From Lingula anatina (Eukaryota; Animalia; Brachiopoda): 64,000 nucleotides of DNA. Below are positions 38,645 to 50,555 of this stretch, in pieces. The stretch lies in assembly GCA_051362555.1 (NCBI GenBank), contig CM120646.1, positions 3,534,001-3,598,000 on the forward strand. Reading direction: 5' to 3'. Within the stretch, counting starts at the first letter, position 1. Every line of letters starts with the position of its first letter. A program made the translations under genes and the position numbers. Below the pieces are notes generated by a model. That model did no database searches. It worked only from the letters and a program-made list of their open reading frames with translations, and was not told the origin of the DNA.

Positions 38645-38859
38645 CACCCCATTCTCATAGATTAGATCGACCTACATTGGATCGACCTAACTCCCTGGGG
38701 GTTCACGCTAAATAGCTGTCAGCCGGGCGGACATGAAAGTTAATTATCCCTTTCTGCTTGTAGTAGGCGGGGACGGACACTTAAGGCGGATTATCTGACA
38801 GTAATCTAGTGAGACTCCCCGCGGTGATAGATCGATCTAAAAGTTGTGAGAACAGAGCC
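38645..38859 (+). mobile_element. MITE family A, copy 3 (TTA TSD)
   Basis: tta|caccccattctca ... tgagaacagagcc|tta. Confidence 0.92.
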
Positions 38860-39370
38860 TTAGACAAAGTATATGTGGTGTACATGTAGCCTACATGTTG
38901 TGCTCTCTGATATCAGCCCCCCCCCCCCAAAAAAAAAAATAGTATACAGATTTTAAGTATAGAACACGGCCATTCCCCAAAGTTTCAGTTATCTTGGTAG
39001 CTTAATTCGCCTAAAATTTATGCTCTTTAACAAATATATGCTCCAAATCGCCTCCGCGCGCGGCGTTGGAGACACACTTGCATGTGTAGGCCTACGTCGC
39101 GCAAGTAACGAACACATTCCTCTTCTGGGATTTTTCCTGATTTTCGCTGTGATCGTTGCCTTGATTTCACCAATTTTTGAGGGTTTTATACATTAACTTT
39201 GAGATACCCTCCCATATCTCCCAAATAAAAATCCGACGTCAAGCAGTACCGACAGCCTCTTTTTTACGTAGGCCCTATACCTGCATGAATACCCTATATG
39301 GCGTACTCATGTAATGTAGGCCAACGTGTCGGCTATTATAGAAACAATTTATTGTGCGTTTTTATTCATC

Positions 39371-39917
39371 AGGCCTACCCAACTACCAGACTCGGCACCT
39401 AAGGATCCTGAATTAACCGGTATATCGGACCACGCTACCCGTTTTCAAGGTGTGTGTCAGATCGCATTTCGGAGTATCATATCCCAGAACAAATTTTGTA
39501 GGACGACTGCGGGCTCATCCACGCTCGGCTGAACAACCTTAAACTGTACTCTTACTTTTAGAGTGCTCTATTTCATTGTCACTGTGGGGTATATGGGGAC
39601 TTTACGACATTCGGTTTGAATGTTTTAACCACTTTTGATAGGGCTTTTTTGCATTGTATTAGATTAATGTGGCAGTGTAAGATTCATCTAAGTGGCTTTC
39701 AAATTTATGCACCCGGTTTTAAAATCATATAGCGATTAAATACGACAATCGTTTACTATCCAATCAAGGTGGCAGCCGAGCATGGACTCATCCTGTCGGT
39801 GTTCTGACTGATACTCCGAAATGTGATCTGATACACACCTTGAAAACGGGTAGTCTGGTCCGATATACCGGTTAATTCAGGATCCTTAGGTGCTGAGTCT
39901 GGTAGTTGGTTAGGCCT
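39371..39917. mobile_element. Foldback-type element with about 150-bp inverted repeats
   Basis: 39371-39530 is the reverse complement of 39773-39917. The ORF track shows the same peptide (QLPDSAPKDPELTGISD) on both strands. Confidence 0.88.
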
Positions 39918-40001
39918 GTTCATTAGACCACGGTGGAAGTGATGAACAAAAGACTCAGACGTGGTGTAACTCGCATAACCCGCTAATGGACCGTGGTCTA
40001 A

Positions 40002-40216
40002 GGCTCTATTCCCATAGATTTTAGATCGATCTATTCCCGCGGGGAGTCTCACTAGATTACTTTCAGATAATCCGACTTAAATGTCCGTCCCGCCTACTAC
40101 AAGCTGTAAGGGTGTAATTAACTTTCGTGTCCGCCCGGCTGACAGCTATTTAGCGTGAACCCCCAGGGAGTTAGGTCGATCTAAAGTAGGTCGATCTAAT
40201 CTATGGAAATGGGGTG
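40002..40216 (-). mobile_element. MITE family A, copy 4 (TAA TSD)
   Basis: taa|ggctctattccca ... tggaaatggggtg|taa. Confidence 0.92.
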
Positions 40217-40523
40217 TAAATAAGATAGATCCGTCGTCAGCGAGGGTTATGTGGCATACACGAGTGCGTAGCTGACGCTCGAGGTGTTATGGCATATATC
40301 GCTCGGGTGACAGTGTATTATCTCACATTTGCTTCATACAACAGCTAATATTATAAACTCGTTACAGATTTTTTTTTATATTGTCTTTCATTTTTATTCG
40401 TTCAGTTGTTTGGTCTGACGTGTTCGCAATATAATCTTTTCAGGTGTATAGGAACTTTCCAAGAGAGCTAACAACCAAGACAATACACCAGAGAATCTCG
40501 TCCATATTCCACGTCCCCTCACT

Positions 40524-43500
40524 ATGGATAAAAAGCGTGCTGTGGCGCCATCTATGACCCAACCACGTGAACATAAGGTGGCCAAGCGTGAGACTGCCGA
40601 TGACAGAGGCGCGAGTGCAGCGACGTCTACCGGTCATCCAGCGTACTGCCATTCTGAGAGTTGCAGAGGACTAAAATTGTCTGAAATGCTGGTGAGATTT
40701 TGGAGATAGTTATTTTAAGGAGTTCACAACTGTAGCAGGAAACGGAGATGAACCTTTTAACTGTCTTTAAATTTACATATGAAGCGAGGGCGGATTCCCT
40801 ATATTGCATTGCATGTAAACCACTAACTAGTTTCTCACACGACTCAAATGAAGTCGACTTGCCAAGGGATAAATCGAATAAATCACTAAATCAGCCATAA
40901 AAAGCTTAAAAGCTGCACCTTCTCCATATTCTTGGTCGTAAATTTGCCTTATTTATCCGTCCCTCCTTTTCGTCAGTCTGTCAAACTGGCGTAATGTACA
41001 GTGCATTGCTGCGGGCACTATAGCACAGATATTCAAATTAGTTGCCGAATATGACCAAGGGTTATATATAGCACAGAAAGAAAGCAAAATATACACTTTT
41101 CGGGAAATGTGAAACGATATACCATTTGATTTTTCTTATTCTAGTTATGTTAGTTGAAACTGTATGATAGTATTTGGTCGGGTTTTGTGGCAAAAATTTG
41201 ATTCCTAATGCCTCTTTAATTAAAGGTTTTTGGCCAACAATCACAGTAATATAGTGTGCGTGCTAGCTGTGGCTAGCACAAGCACGAACTTAACAGCTAG
41301 CTTAGCTTATAACTCAAGAACCAACGACTTAATTTTGAAATCTATTGACGAAGGTTTTTTACAGGATCAATATTTGATGTGCAATAAGCGGTATTAAAAA
41401 AAAGTTTTTAGTTTTTTTTCTTTGGAGTGATCCTTCAATGATCGAAAAGATATTTCTTGATAATAAATGGACATTTCTTTTGCAGCATAAACACCAGAAG
41501 TGCGTTGAGGAGATCGACAAACTAAACGAGATTATTCACTTGTCGAATGATGAGAAATTAAAAGAAATCCTCAGGTTGAGGGAGGAATTGAAATCCATGA
41601 AGTCGTTGATGTATGATTCTGTAAAGGAAAAAGAATCAACGCTCATCGAAGGAAAAACGCTAAAGGAGCAGCTGCTGAAAACATCTCAGATTGCAAAAGA
41701 CATGGCTCAGAAACTTGAAAAACTGGAAAAACTGAAGCAAAAGACTACCACAAGTGCTGTTGAAAAGGTCTTTTTCTATTTATTATTATTATTATTTTGA
41801 AAATGAAACCTTGAATTTTCTGTAAGCACGATGCGAATACTGATGCTGTAACATTATTATTTCAATATGTTTTCATGTTCATGGCATTATTTTTCTTATC
41901 GACAGGAAAAGAAACAAACTGAGGAAGAGATACAAGTTCTGAACAAAAAACTTCACACGGTAAATCAGCATATGTTATTTCTTTCATATTGATTTTTTTA
42001 TTTATCGTGTATAAGTAATGGGTCAGTCGGGTACGGCATTTGCAAAATTGTTGTATATAATAATGACAAGGCTATTTAAAGTTGCACTCCGGATTATGCA
42101 CGCTTGCTCCGTAAGATGTCGCCTGTGGAGGTCGGGCAGCACAGCACATACGGCCCACACGGTTAACAATGGCGAAGGTGACAGGTCCTTCCAAACATTT
42201 TTTCATAACTGTGATTATTTTTCAAGCTGTGCACTGTCAGTTACCTATTTATTTTCCCTCCAGGTGATGGGCGGTAACATGCACTGGCAGGTGTACAACA
42301 CTCAGAGGGACCACTACGTCAACACCCTCATGCAACAGCTGGATCACCTGAAGCTCGAGGTCTCCGAGTCCCACGAGAAACACGCGGGAACTTGCGACGA
42401 GGAAATGCGAGAGGACGCCGAGAGGACGATTGCCAGTGTTAAGGCGAAAATTGACGAGATTCATCGAGAAAAGGAAGTGGTACGCTATACAGCATGCGCG
42501 CGCATATGCACACGCACACACACACACACACACATAAACACACTTTCTCACCCAGTTTTCGACCATCGTTGGTTAACTCGGCATTCCATCTTTCAGCGTT
42601 TGATAAAGCGATATCAGGGTTTTAAAATTTAATGTAGTTTTTATTACGAAATGTCAAACCTGTAATTGTTTATTTAACACTGCATTTTGCCGAATTTTAA
42701 AAGAAAAGAAAGCCATTGCATAAGTAGACGCGCCCCCCCCCCCACACACACGCATCCTTTAAACGTAAATAGAAGTTCATGCCTAGATTTAAGTCCCTTT
42801 CTGTAATCGCGTTGCTAAGTAAACGTCGATGCAGTAATTACCTATACTGGTATGTTTATTATGCATGTTTTGAAATGTTCTTAAAAATAAAGCAATTGCT
42901 TTAGAGATCTCCCCAAAAATCCTTAACAGTGATAAGAGGCCGCGGGCACTACCAAGTGAAATACGGTAACCAAAATTCACGGTTCGCATGTACAGTAAAA
43001 TTGTAAAATCAAACAAAACATAAAATAGTACAGTCAGAGAATATACCTCATTGGTTTGGGAAATTACAAGTTATGACTGCCCTTTATCTTTGCCAGTTAA
43101 AAGACGAGCTCATGCACTTTAAGGAGCTCTGCGACGTTAAGGATCGCCATATTAAGGAACTGGAGACGCAGGTGGAACGCCAGAGCCCGCCCAGCTCCCC
43201 CACCACGGCGGGGCTCCTCCGCACCAAGATCCAGATATGCACAGAGGACTTCGAGGCCGAGAGGAAAGACAGAGAACGGGCACAAGCACGAATACGAGAC
43301 TTGGAGGAGGAGATTGAACTGCTGAAGAGACAGGTTAATACTAGTATCTTAGTATATGTACTAAATGCCTCTTGCATGATACAACGTACATAATCATGTA
43401 GATTTCTCATAAGTGATTTTAACGCACACCGCCATTAGATAGTAATCATGTGGTAAAAATATTCGAAGGCTGCCATCTCAATACGTCATTTCGCTTCCAC

Positions 43501-43990
43501 TTCAGCTGTCAATGTTCCAACAAACTGCCATGTCTCAGATGAAGAGCAGACGAGAGGCGGCCTTGGCGCGTTACAGGCGAGAATACGAGGCACAACACCC
43601 AGAATACCGGGAGCAGAACCGTTGCTTGGAAGGTATGTTACTTCTGTACAGTGTTTAAGCTTACGTCACTTTAAAATTCAACGTCAGCGGTGACGTCATG
43701 TAGCCGTAAAAAGGTGACGTCATAATATTGCAGTTATAAGGTGTTTAATGTCAGTTTCAAGAGAGTGTAAAAAGTTATTGACTGCTGTATTAACCCTTTT
43801 TACTGTGAATTTAGGTAAAAATGATGTATACTTGTTATACTTGATGTACCCTTTCTATTCAAATGACCAACCCCCTTTGTACTTTTAAAAGAAGAATAAT
43901 CACAGTACTTCACAGAACTGTTTATTTCTTTTAGGTAATACAGTGGTTGACAGAAATGATTTGGAAGGCGGATTTGACGAAATTGACTAG
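40524..43990 (+). CDS. TNIP2(ABIN-2)/CEP55-like coiled-coil protein with EABR and UBAN motifs, 7 coding exons, about 379 aa
   Basis: Phase-consistent exons 40524-40691, 41486-41767, 41906-41959, 42264-42479, 43097-43333, 43506-43632 and 43935-43990. NMHWQVYNTQRDHYVNTL matches the EABR pattern (NxxWxxYxxxRxxYVxxL). LRTKIQICTEDFEAERKDRERA matches the UBAN DFxxER motif. The start exon is the least certain. Confidence 0.82.
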
Positions 43991-45299
43991 ACGATAATCT
44001 CTGTATTTCATGTCTTGACAAAGCGTGACTTTGGTTCTCAATGAACGTATACATGTAAATATCGCAGTCGACGACAAAATAAATAATCACATTAATAAGT
44101 AGCATTTCTCTGCAAATCGCCCTATAGAGTATTGCTTGCGATGGGACCAGAACGATTCAGGAAAGATTTGTTAGTGAGGTTTCAAATGTCCCTATCTGAC
44201 AACCAATGTGTAGACTTCTTAAATTTGTCTCGCCCAAAACTTATCGGAAAATAATGTTTAACTGTTAAATTTACTTTTATATACATGTGCATTTTTATAT
44301 TTTTACAGAATCAAGCGTTTATATAACAAATGTTCAGGAATTTCATACAAGGACCCTTGTATCTTTTACGCACCTTAAGTAGTTTTATATAGCACATATT
44401 AAAAAAGGAAAAAATTAACACATTAAAAAATATTGTTGGCGAAGATGCACGTGCTCATGTCTTTCTTATAAATCCAACTTATGATTGTACAAGTCAAGTA
44501 TTGGGATGTTTATGGGCAAGAAATTAGCGTAGAAAGCACGCTTTTTCCCTCCCAATAATATAGCATAATCAACAAAACGACAAAAATTCCATCCATGTGA
44601 CCTACGTATCCTATTGTGCTACATATAATGGTAAGAAGCTCGTCCACTGATTAATATTTGCCTAGTTTTACCAATAAATTTTTTTTAAAATTGAAATGAT
44701 ACCCTTTGTACTAGGCCCGCCAATTGTGCTAGTTGTGAATGACGCATTCGTGTCGCAGTCGTTGATACGAGGGAGGGACAGGTTGTGAATCTTACGCACT
44801 GTGGCACCTTCTTTGCCGGCTGCCTCCTGAATACGTGCTGTTTCGTCTGAAAACGGATATAAGCCACACTAGGCGACCATAATGTGAAAAAATAAAGCAA
44901 GAAAGAATAAAAATTAAAGTAACATTAATGATTATAGTGTCAATTAAAATTCAACGTGATTGATAAATCCATCTAAATTAAAATCACGCAAATGATTATG
45001 ATAAAAATGCGATAGAGAGAAAAATGAGTAAATTATATAGATAAAACAATCGTTGGTTTAACCAACTGCATGGGGGGGGGGGGGGTCGGCTTTGCATCCG
45101 CAACACCCCCCTTCAAATAATCCTGGATCAGCCCCTGCATTGTACATGTAGCCTTACATATCGGTATGTTTTCAATTTGGGACTGAAAATAAACAACTTA
45201 TAGTAAACTGGTGGCTGACCGGTTCTGACAGGTCGATACCCAAATAAACATGCTTTGTGCTTGCAGAAATATCCTCACGTGTACAATATATATATAATT

Positions 45300-45454
45300 A
45301 TTGTCCTTGCAATGTTGTTGAAAGTTTAGATAATACCAAAACACAACACGGGAGCTGGCACGTGTGCGTGGTGCGTGACGTCGTATATTGGCACCAGTCT
45401 GTTCGCTGGCAACAGTGAAACTACTCACTTCAGATCAGAACAGCTCGGGTAAGT
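45300..45454 (+). promoter_or_regulatory. Probable promoter and non-coding first exon of the aminotransferase gene
   Basis: CpG-rich patch with CACGTG (~45358) and TGACGTC (~45376), ending in a donor cgg|GTAAGT at about 45449. The coding exon has an acceptor at about 49501, upstream of its ATG. Confidence 0.45.
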
Positions 45455-47010
45455 TAAACGCGGGATCATCGATTTTCTTTACTTCCTTTGCTTTGTGTTC
45501 TGCTGCAGTGTCATAACCACTCACAAATCGGCCATATGAGCACATGAATTATAGAAAAGATACTAAGTGTACATGTATAGAACTGAGTTAAATGTGTGTA
45601 TGAGCTAAAGACTGTTGGAATTTTCACGTGCTGAAAATTTTGGGTAAGCAGCAAATCTTCACGTACGCGTACGGTAAAGCATGCAGACTTGAATCAACGG
45701 CATATTGGTTTCATTAGTCTTTTCAAATGCAGTAAAAAGGCAACACTTTAATTGTAGTGGCTGTTTGATAGGCGCATTTATCCTAAGGCTGTGAAAATTA
45801 AAAGATAATGTTAAGCTAGTTTTATTTACGTTTATGCATTTATATGAACGTGCGCCAGATCCAGTTGGTAGTAGCCACTGTTTGTTTTTTATTATTATTT
45901 GCTTTTTTTTCATAATATAATAGCACTTGCATTGATCCTTGCTGTGTTGCCACCTCGGAGTATTGTTAGGTCTTATGTAAGACGTGCAGGCATTCCCATT
46001 GTGTTCAGACATACATGATTCATATATGGATTCATATAACTGCTAATAAGACATTATAATCAATAGATCTACCTGGTATATGTATTTTTAGTACTGTCAC
46101 GTGAATTGCCAGCTCAATCAGAGTACATTATATTATGTTTGGCCTACATGCTAAATATCGCCCAAACACATTGAAAGATGCTGCTGCAAGTACAACACAG
46201 CCCTAATAAGACTGTAGACTTATAAACGCACTAGTAAGTGTAGTACATATGAGTTTTGTAGAACATACTGTATGTACTGAGTACCTGAGTACTAATAGCT
46301 TAGGTGACCTTGTAAAATGTCTTAATGTGGGGTTAGTGGATCAAGGCACAGCTGAAAGCACACATTTGAAATGCTTTAATGGCAGCAGTATAAGCATATG
46401 GCAAGCATGCAGATTCTTTTCCTGCTGGTTTAAATGTAAATGTATTAGTTATAGAAGCATGCATGCTGGCAGTATTGCATATTTCTTTTTTTCTTGTACT
46501 TACTGGTAATATCAATTGTTAAGGTCCACTAAATGCATGTGATGAAATCACTCATTTACATATTATGTTTATACTTGTAATCAGTCAGCATATTATCATT
46601 CACCTTACTTCAGTCTTGAATGAATATTTATCATCCTCTGTATAGGTATACCTGATAAGTAGAACTGATATAACTTAAAAGTAGAAGCCCTCAATTGTTA
46701 TCTATTGCATTGCAATTAGTATTTAAATGAGTTGCTGCCACTGTGGCAGGCAGATAGATTCTCTGGTGATAATGTGTATAAAGGCTGAATGCTTGGACTT
46801 AATAAAGGACTTTTAGACTTGGAACTTTGAAGATGTGAGTTTGTAGTTATATATTCCCTCTCCCATGCATCAGTGACAAGTAAAATATTAGAAGAACCTG
46901 GGTAGGGTGGAAGTGGACCCCTACACAATGAAGGTCACAGATCTAGGTTTGCCTTAGATTCTACATAATATAGTCATCTATTGGAGCCAGGGGTTGTGGT
47001 CAAGGGGGGG

Positions 47011-47167
47011 GGGGCGTAGCAATAGTCCAAAGGTTCAATAGTCCGAAGGTTCATTGGTCCGAATGTTCACTGTAGAACCTTCGGACCAATGAACCCTTGA
47101 TTAAAAAATCGATGAAAATGTTACCACTTTTCGAACCAATGAACCTTCGGACTATCGAGACGACCCC
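47011..47167. mobile_element. Small MITE with inverted arrays of ~15-bp subterminal repeats
   Basis: (aatagtccgaaggttc)-like units on the left, (gaaccttcggaccaat)-like units on the right, GGGG...CCCC ends, and gtcaagg on both flanks. Confidence 0.75.
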
Positions 47168-48453
47168 GTCAAGGGGGGTATTAAGGTCAGCAACTGACCA
47201 CCTTCTTAAAAAACATACATCCAAAGCACAGGAAGTTATGCATGTGTGTGTGTGTGTGGGGGGGGGGGGGGGTGCAGGGATTGGGAGGGGGGCAGGGTTG
47301 CCAGTTTACTTTCTGAAGGGGAATTAGTCAGTTACATCTTGGGCACAAACCCAGGACAGTCAACCGATGACCAGCTTCACAATTCAGTCCGTCATTTGTC
47401 CCCCCCCCCCCCTGCAATACTTGTCTTTTTTCTAAATTATGTTTAGACCAGGCATACCTCCTTGTGGTTTTTGTGGTTTGAGGTTTGTACCTCTTTTTTA
47501 AGAGTGGTAAAATTTCCATTAGACATATGCAAGTTCAAGTGAGAGTCATATACAGATTATTTATGCCTTCAAACATTTAGCTACTCGTGTATTTAACATC
47601 CCAATTTTGCAATTTCACAAAACAGCTCTGCAAAGAAAATGTTTTATAACCTGGCATCTAGGTCAGCTAAGTTGGCTAGGTCACCTGCACTTTCTGCCTC
47701 CAGAACCAGTTTTTAGGCATAATACCCTGTTGACTGGCGTGATCCATGGTAACTCACTGTCAATATTGTCACAGCAGCTGCATGGCCCATATGTTGGTGA
47801 TATTAACATGTTTATTAAATTGTTTCTGGCAGTGAGCACACAGGTAGTTCCCATTTAATTGATTCTCTCTTATCAAATGTCATTAGCATATATATTATAT
47901 AAATATTAAGAATTCAATATGACATTGAAATACTTGCATCAGAATATATTCATTTGACTCCACAGCTACAGTCAATGATATGCATTAGTCTTTTAGCAGA
48001 TTTTTATCAGTGCAGAAATTGATTATAAATCTCGGTTGAAAAAAGGAGAAATAATAAAAGTAAAGAAAATTAACCTACAAAATTTTTTATTCAGAGATAC
48101 GAATATTACATCCCTAATGTGCGTATACCAGTGCAGGAAGTGTACAGTAACTGTATCTGCATATATCAGATCTATGTTCAGGTAGACTACAGCATTTTAC
48201 ATATGGCTTGCTGACATTTGGAATAGTGTACAGGTCAATACGTAAACCTTGTTCAATACTTACTACATGAAAGGCAGTATTTGTATATATATAGACGAGT
48301 ACTACCCTAATTTCTATTGCAGTCGGTTTACAAAACGGTTTGAGGTGAGTTCAAGTTCAGAGATGTGCTCCAATTTTATTTCAATCGACTGGGGAAAAAT
48401 GTGATACTTTAATTTTGTGTGAGGTACATATCGTGAGGGTCATGAGGGTTACT

Positions 48454-48484
<31 letters not shown>

Positions 48485-49608
48485 ATATTTCTACCACACC
48501 TAGTGTTTCTGTAACCTTGAATCAATGCATCCATTATTGTAGTTTGAGTAGATATTGCTGTTTATATCACATATATCCTCAGGGAAATAAAGGCAAATGG
48601 AAATCTCTCAAAAAATCAATATAGTATTTGAGATGCTGAGTTATTGTACATGTATATAGGAGTATATGGCACTTGGCAATGACAATACATCTGACAGGTC
48701 ATTATGTTAATGCATTTCAGGGATTCAGGAATATATGAGATATTAGATAATGACAAATCATATAAATAAATAAATGATTAGAAAAATTGATAGATTAGTA
48801 AATTATGTTAAGCAGAAAAGAAAGTAAGGTATATTTATGTTTTGAATAGAATTTAGAGGAATGAAATAAAATACTGTAAGAAATGAGAGTTGCTGGGTCA
48901 GTGTTTGTAATTAAGATTCATGCACACTATTTAGTGCACACTTGTGAAGTGATGCACACTGCTTGAAAACTGATGTATGGGAAACATTAAGGACATTATT
49001 GTATGCTTAATATGTTTGCACTGTGAGAGAAAAGCTCAAAAGCTGACTTACCAGCTGTTGATGCTGTCATATGGTACAGAGGGGAAATAGTGTGATTTTC
49101 TGAAGTTATGCATTTTGCTTATTTTCCCCCTTTATACATGTAATATATGCTGTCTAGTTAAGACTATAATCCACTCAAATTAAACAAATTTTTGGACACA
49201 AAATCAAATCGATTTTTTACACCCTTGAAAAATTGGCAACTTGTATTTTATTTGTTTTAATTTTCAAAAAGAAGCCATTACTTGTAAGTAAATAAAGTTT
49301 CATTTGTCAGTAGGTACAAAATTGTTTGCTGACTGCCAGAATTCATCAGGAAAATGAGGGTGTGATAGGCATTAAATTTTTTTCTGAAGCAGTTGAAAAA
49401 TGAAACTTTATTTGTTTATAAATTGAAAACAAACAGCTTAATTGTAGTGTTTGTTCTAGCCATTATCTGTATAATATGATTGATTTATTTTGTCTTTACA
49501 GATTAGATTCCAGCACTTGTGCATATAATTGATTATCACTTTGTCAGTCATCCAACTGTTCTAGTAGACCATTCTCGACAAGTTGTGGAAAATTAATCGA
49601 GTCTAAGA

Positions 49609-50524
49609 ATGGCTGGAATTTCATTGGCCAGAGTAGATGGTAAGGGCGTTGACAAATTACCCAGCGACCTTTATATTGGTTTGCACAACACACAGGATCA
49701 AGATACCAGCGACCTTGAAGATAACAGTTTAAGTGCCAAGATGGAGATAGAAAAGCGAGAATTCTGTAATCTTGTGCGGCCTGATCTGGGGAATTATTCT
49801 GCAGCTGCTAATTTGGCACAAAATGAGGTAATTAGAATTAGAGGAGTTTTTGTTTTCGGGTATTAATAACAATTATGAGAGCTTCAGTATTCCGAATTTT
49901 TTTTTTTCATTATTATTACTGTTCTTTATGTATATGTTAAATGTGACATATTTATATTGAAATGTGTTTTGATACTACATTTAGTTCTTAGAATTAAGTA
50001 GCATCTCTTGCATTAGCCTGAAAACAAATCAAAACCTCAGAATGATGTATGATATAAATATGCCAGCATTGTAAGCTAGCTACCTGTATATACATGAAAA
50101 CATACGTAATCATAGATAAACCATGACTAAGCAAAAAAAAAAAAAAAGCACTCCAATGCTGCATGCAGTTTCATGGATGGCAAGTTCAAGTAGGTCCACA
50201 GATGACAGCACTAGCTATTTAAGTTCCTTCGTGTTTGATTAAAAAAGTCCCTAAAATTTGAAAATTACCCATCAGATGAACAAAGCTAGAGCATGAGACC
50301 CTGTTTTTGTAAACCACATGTCGTGGTGCTCACATTATCTGTGTACTGAACAGCTAGGGCAGCCCTTGAAGATTTGGTGAACCGTGAAATCTTTGGTCTC
50401 TTAATTTATGGGTGCCTCCTAAGGACATGTACAGATAGCAGTCTCAAACAAAGTCTTGCTTCTGAGATATAGCATCTGTATCATTTATTCATTTTCTTTT
50501 TGTTATGAATACACTTTGTTCAGT

Positions 50525-50555
<31 letters not shown>

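Noticed and set aside
39326-40052. Mirror ORFs sharing QLPDSAPKDPELTGISD on opposite strands
   Set aside because: An artefact of the long inverted repeat.
44128-44174. Alternative terminal exon for the TNIP2-like gene (EYCLRWDQNDSGKIC*)
   Set aside because: It encodes no zinc finger and has a weaker acceptor than 43934, so there is no support without RNA data.
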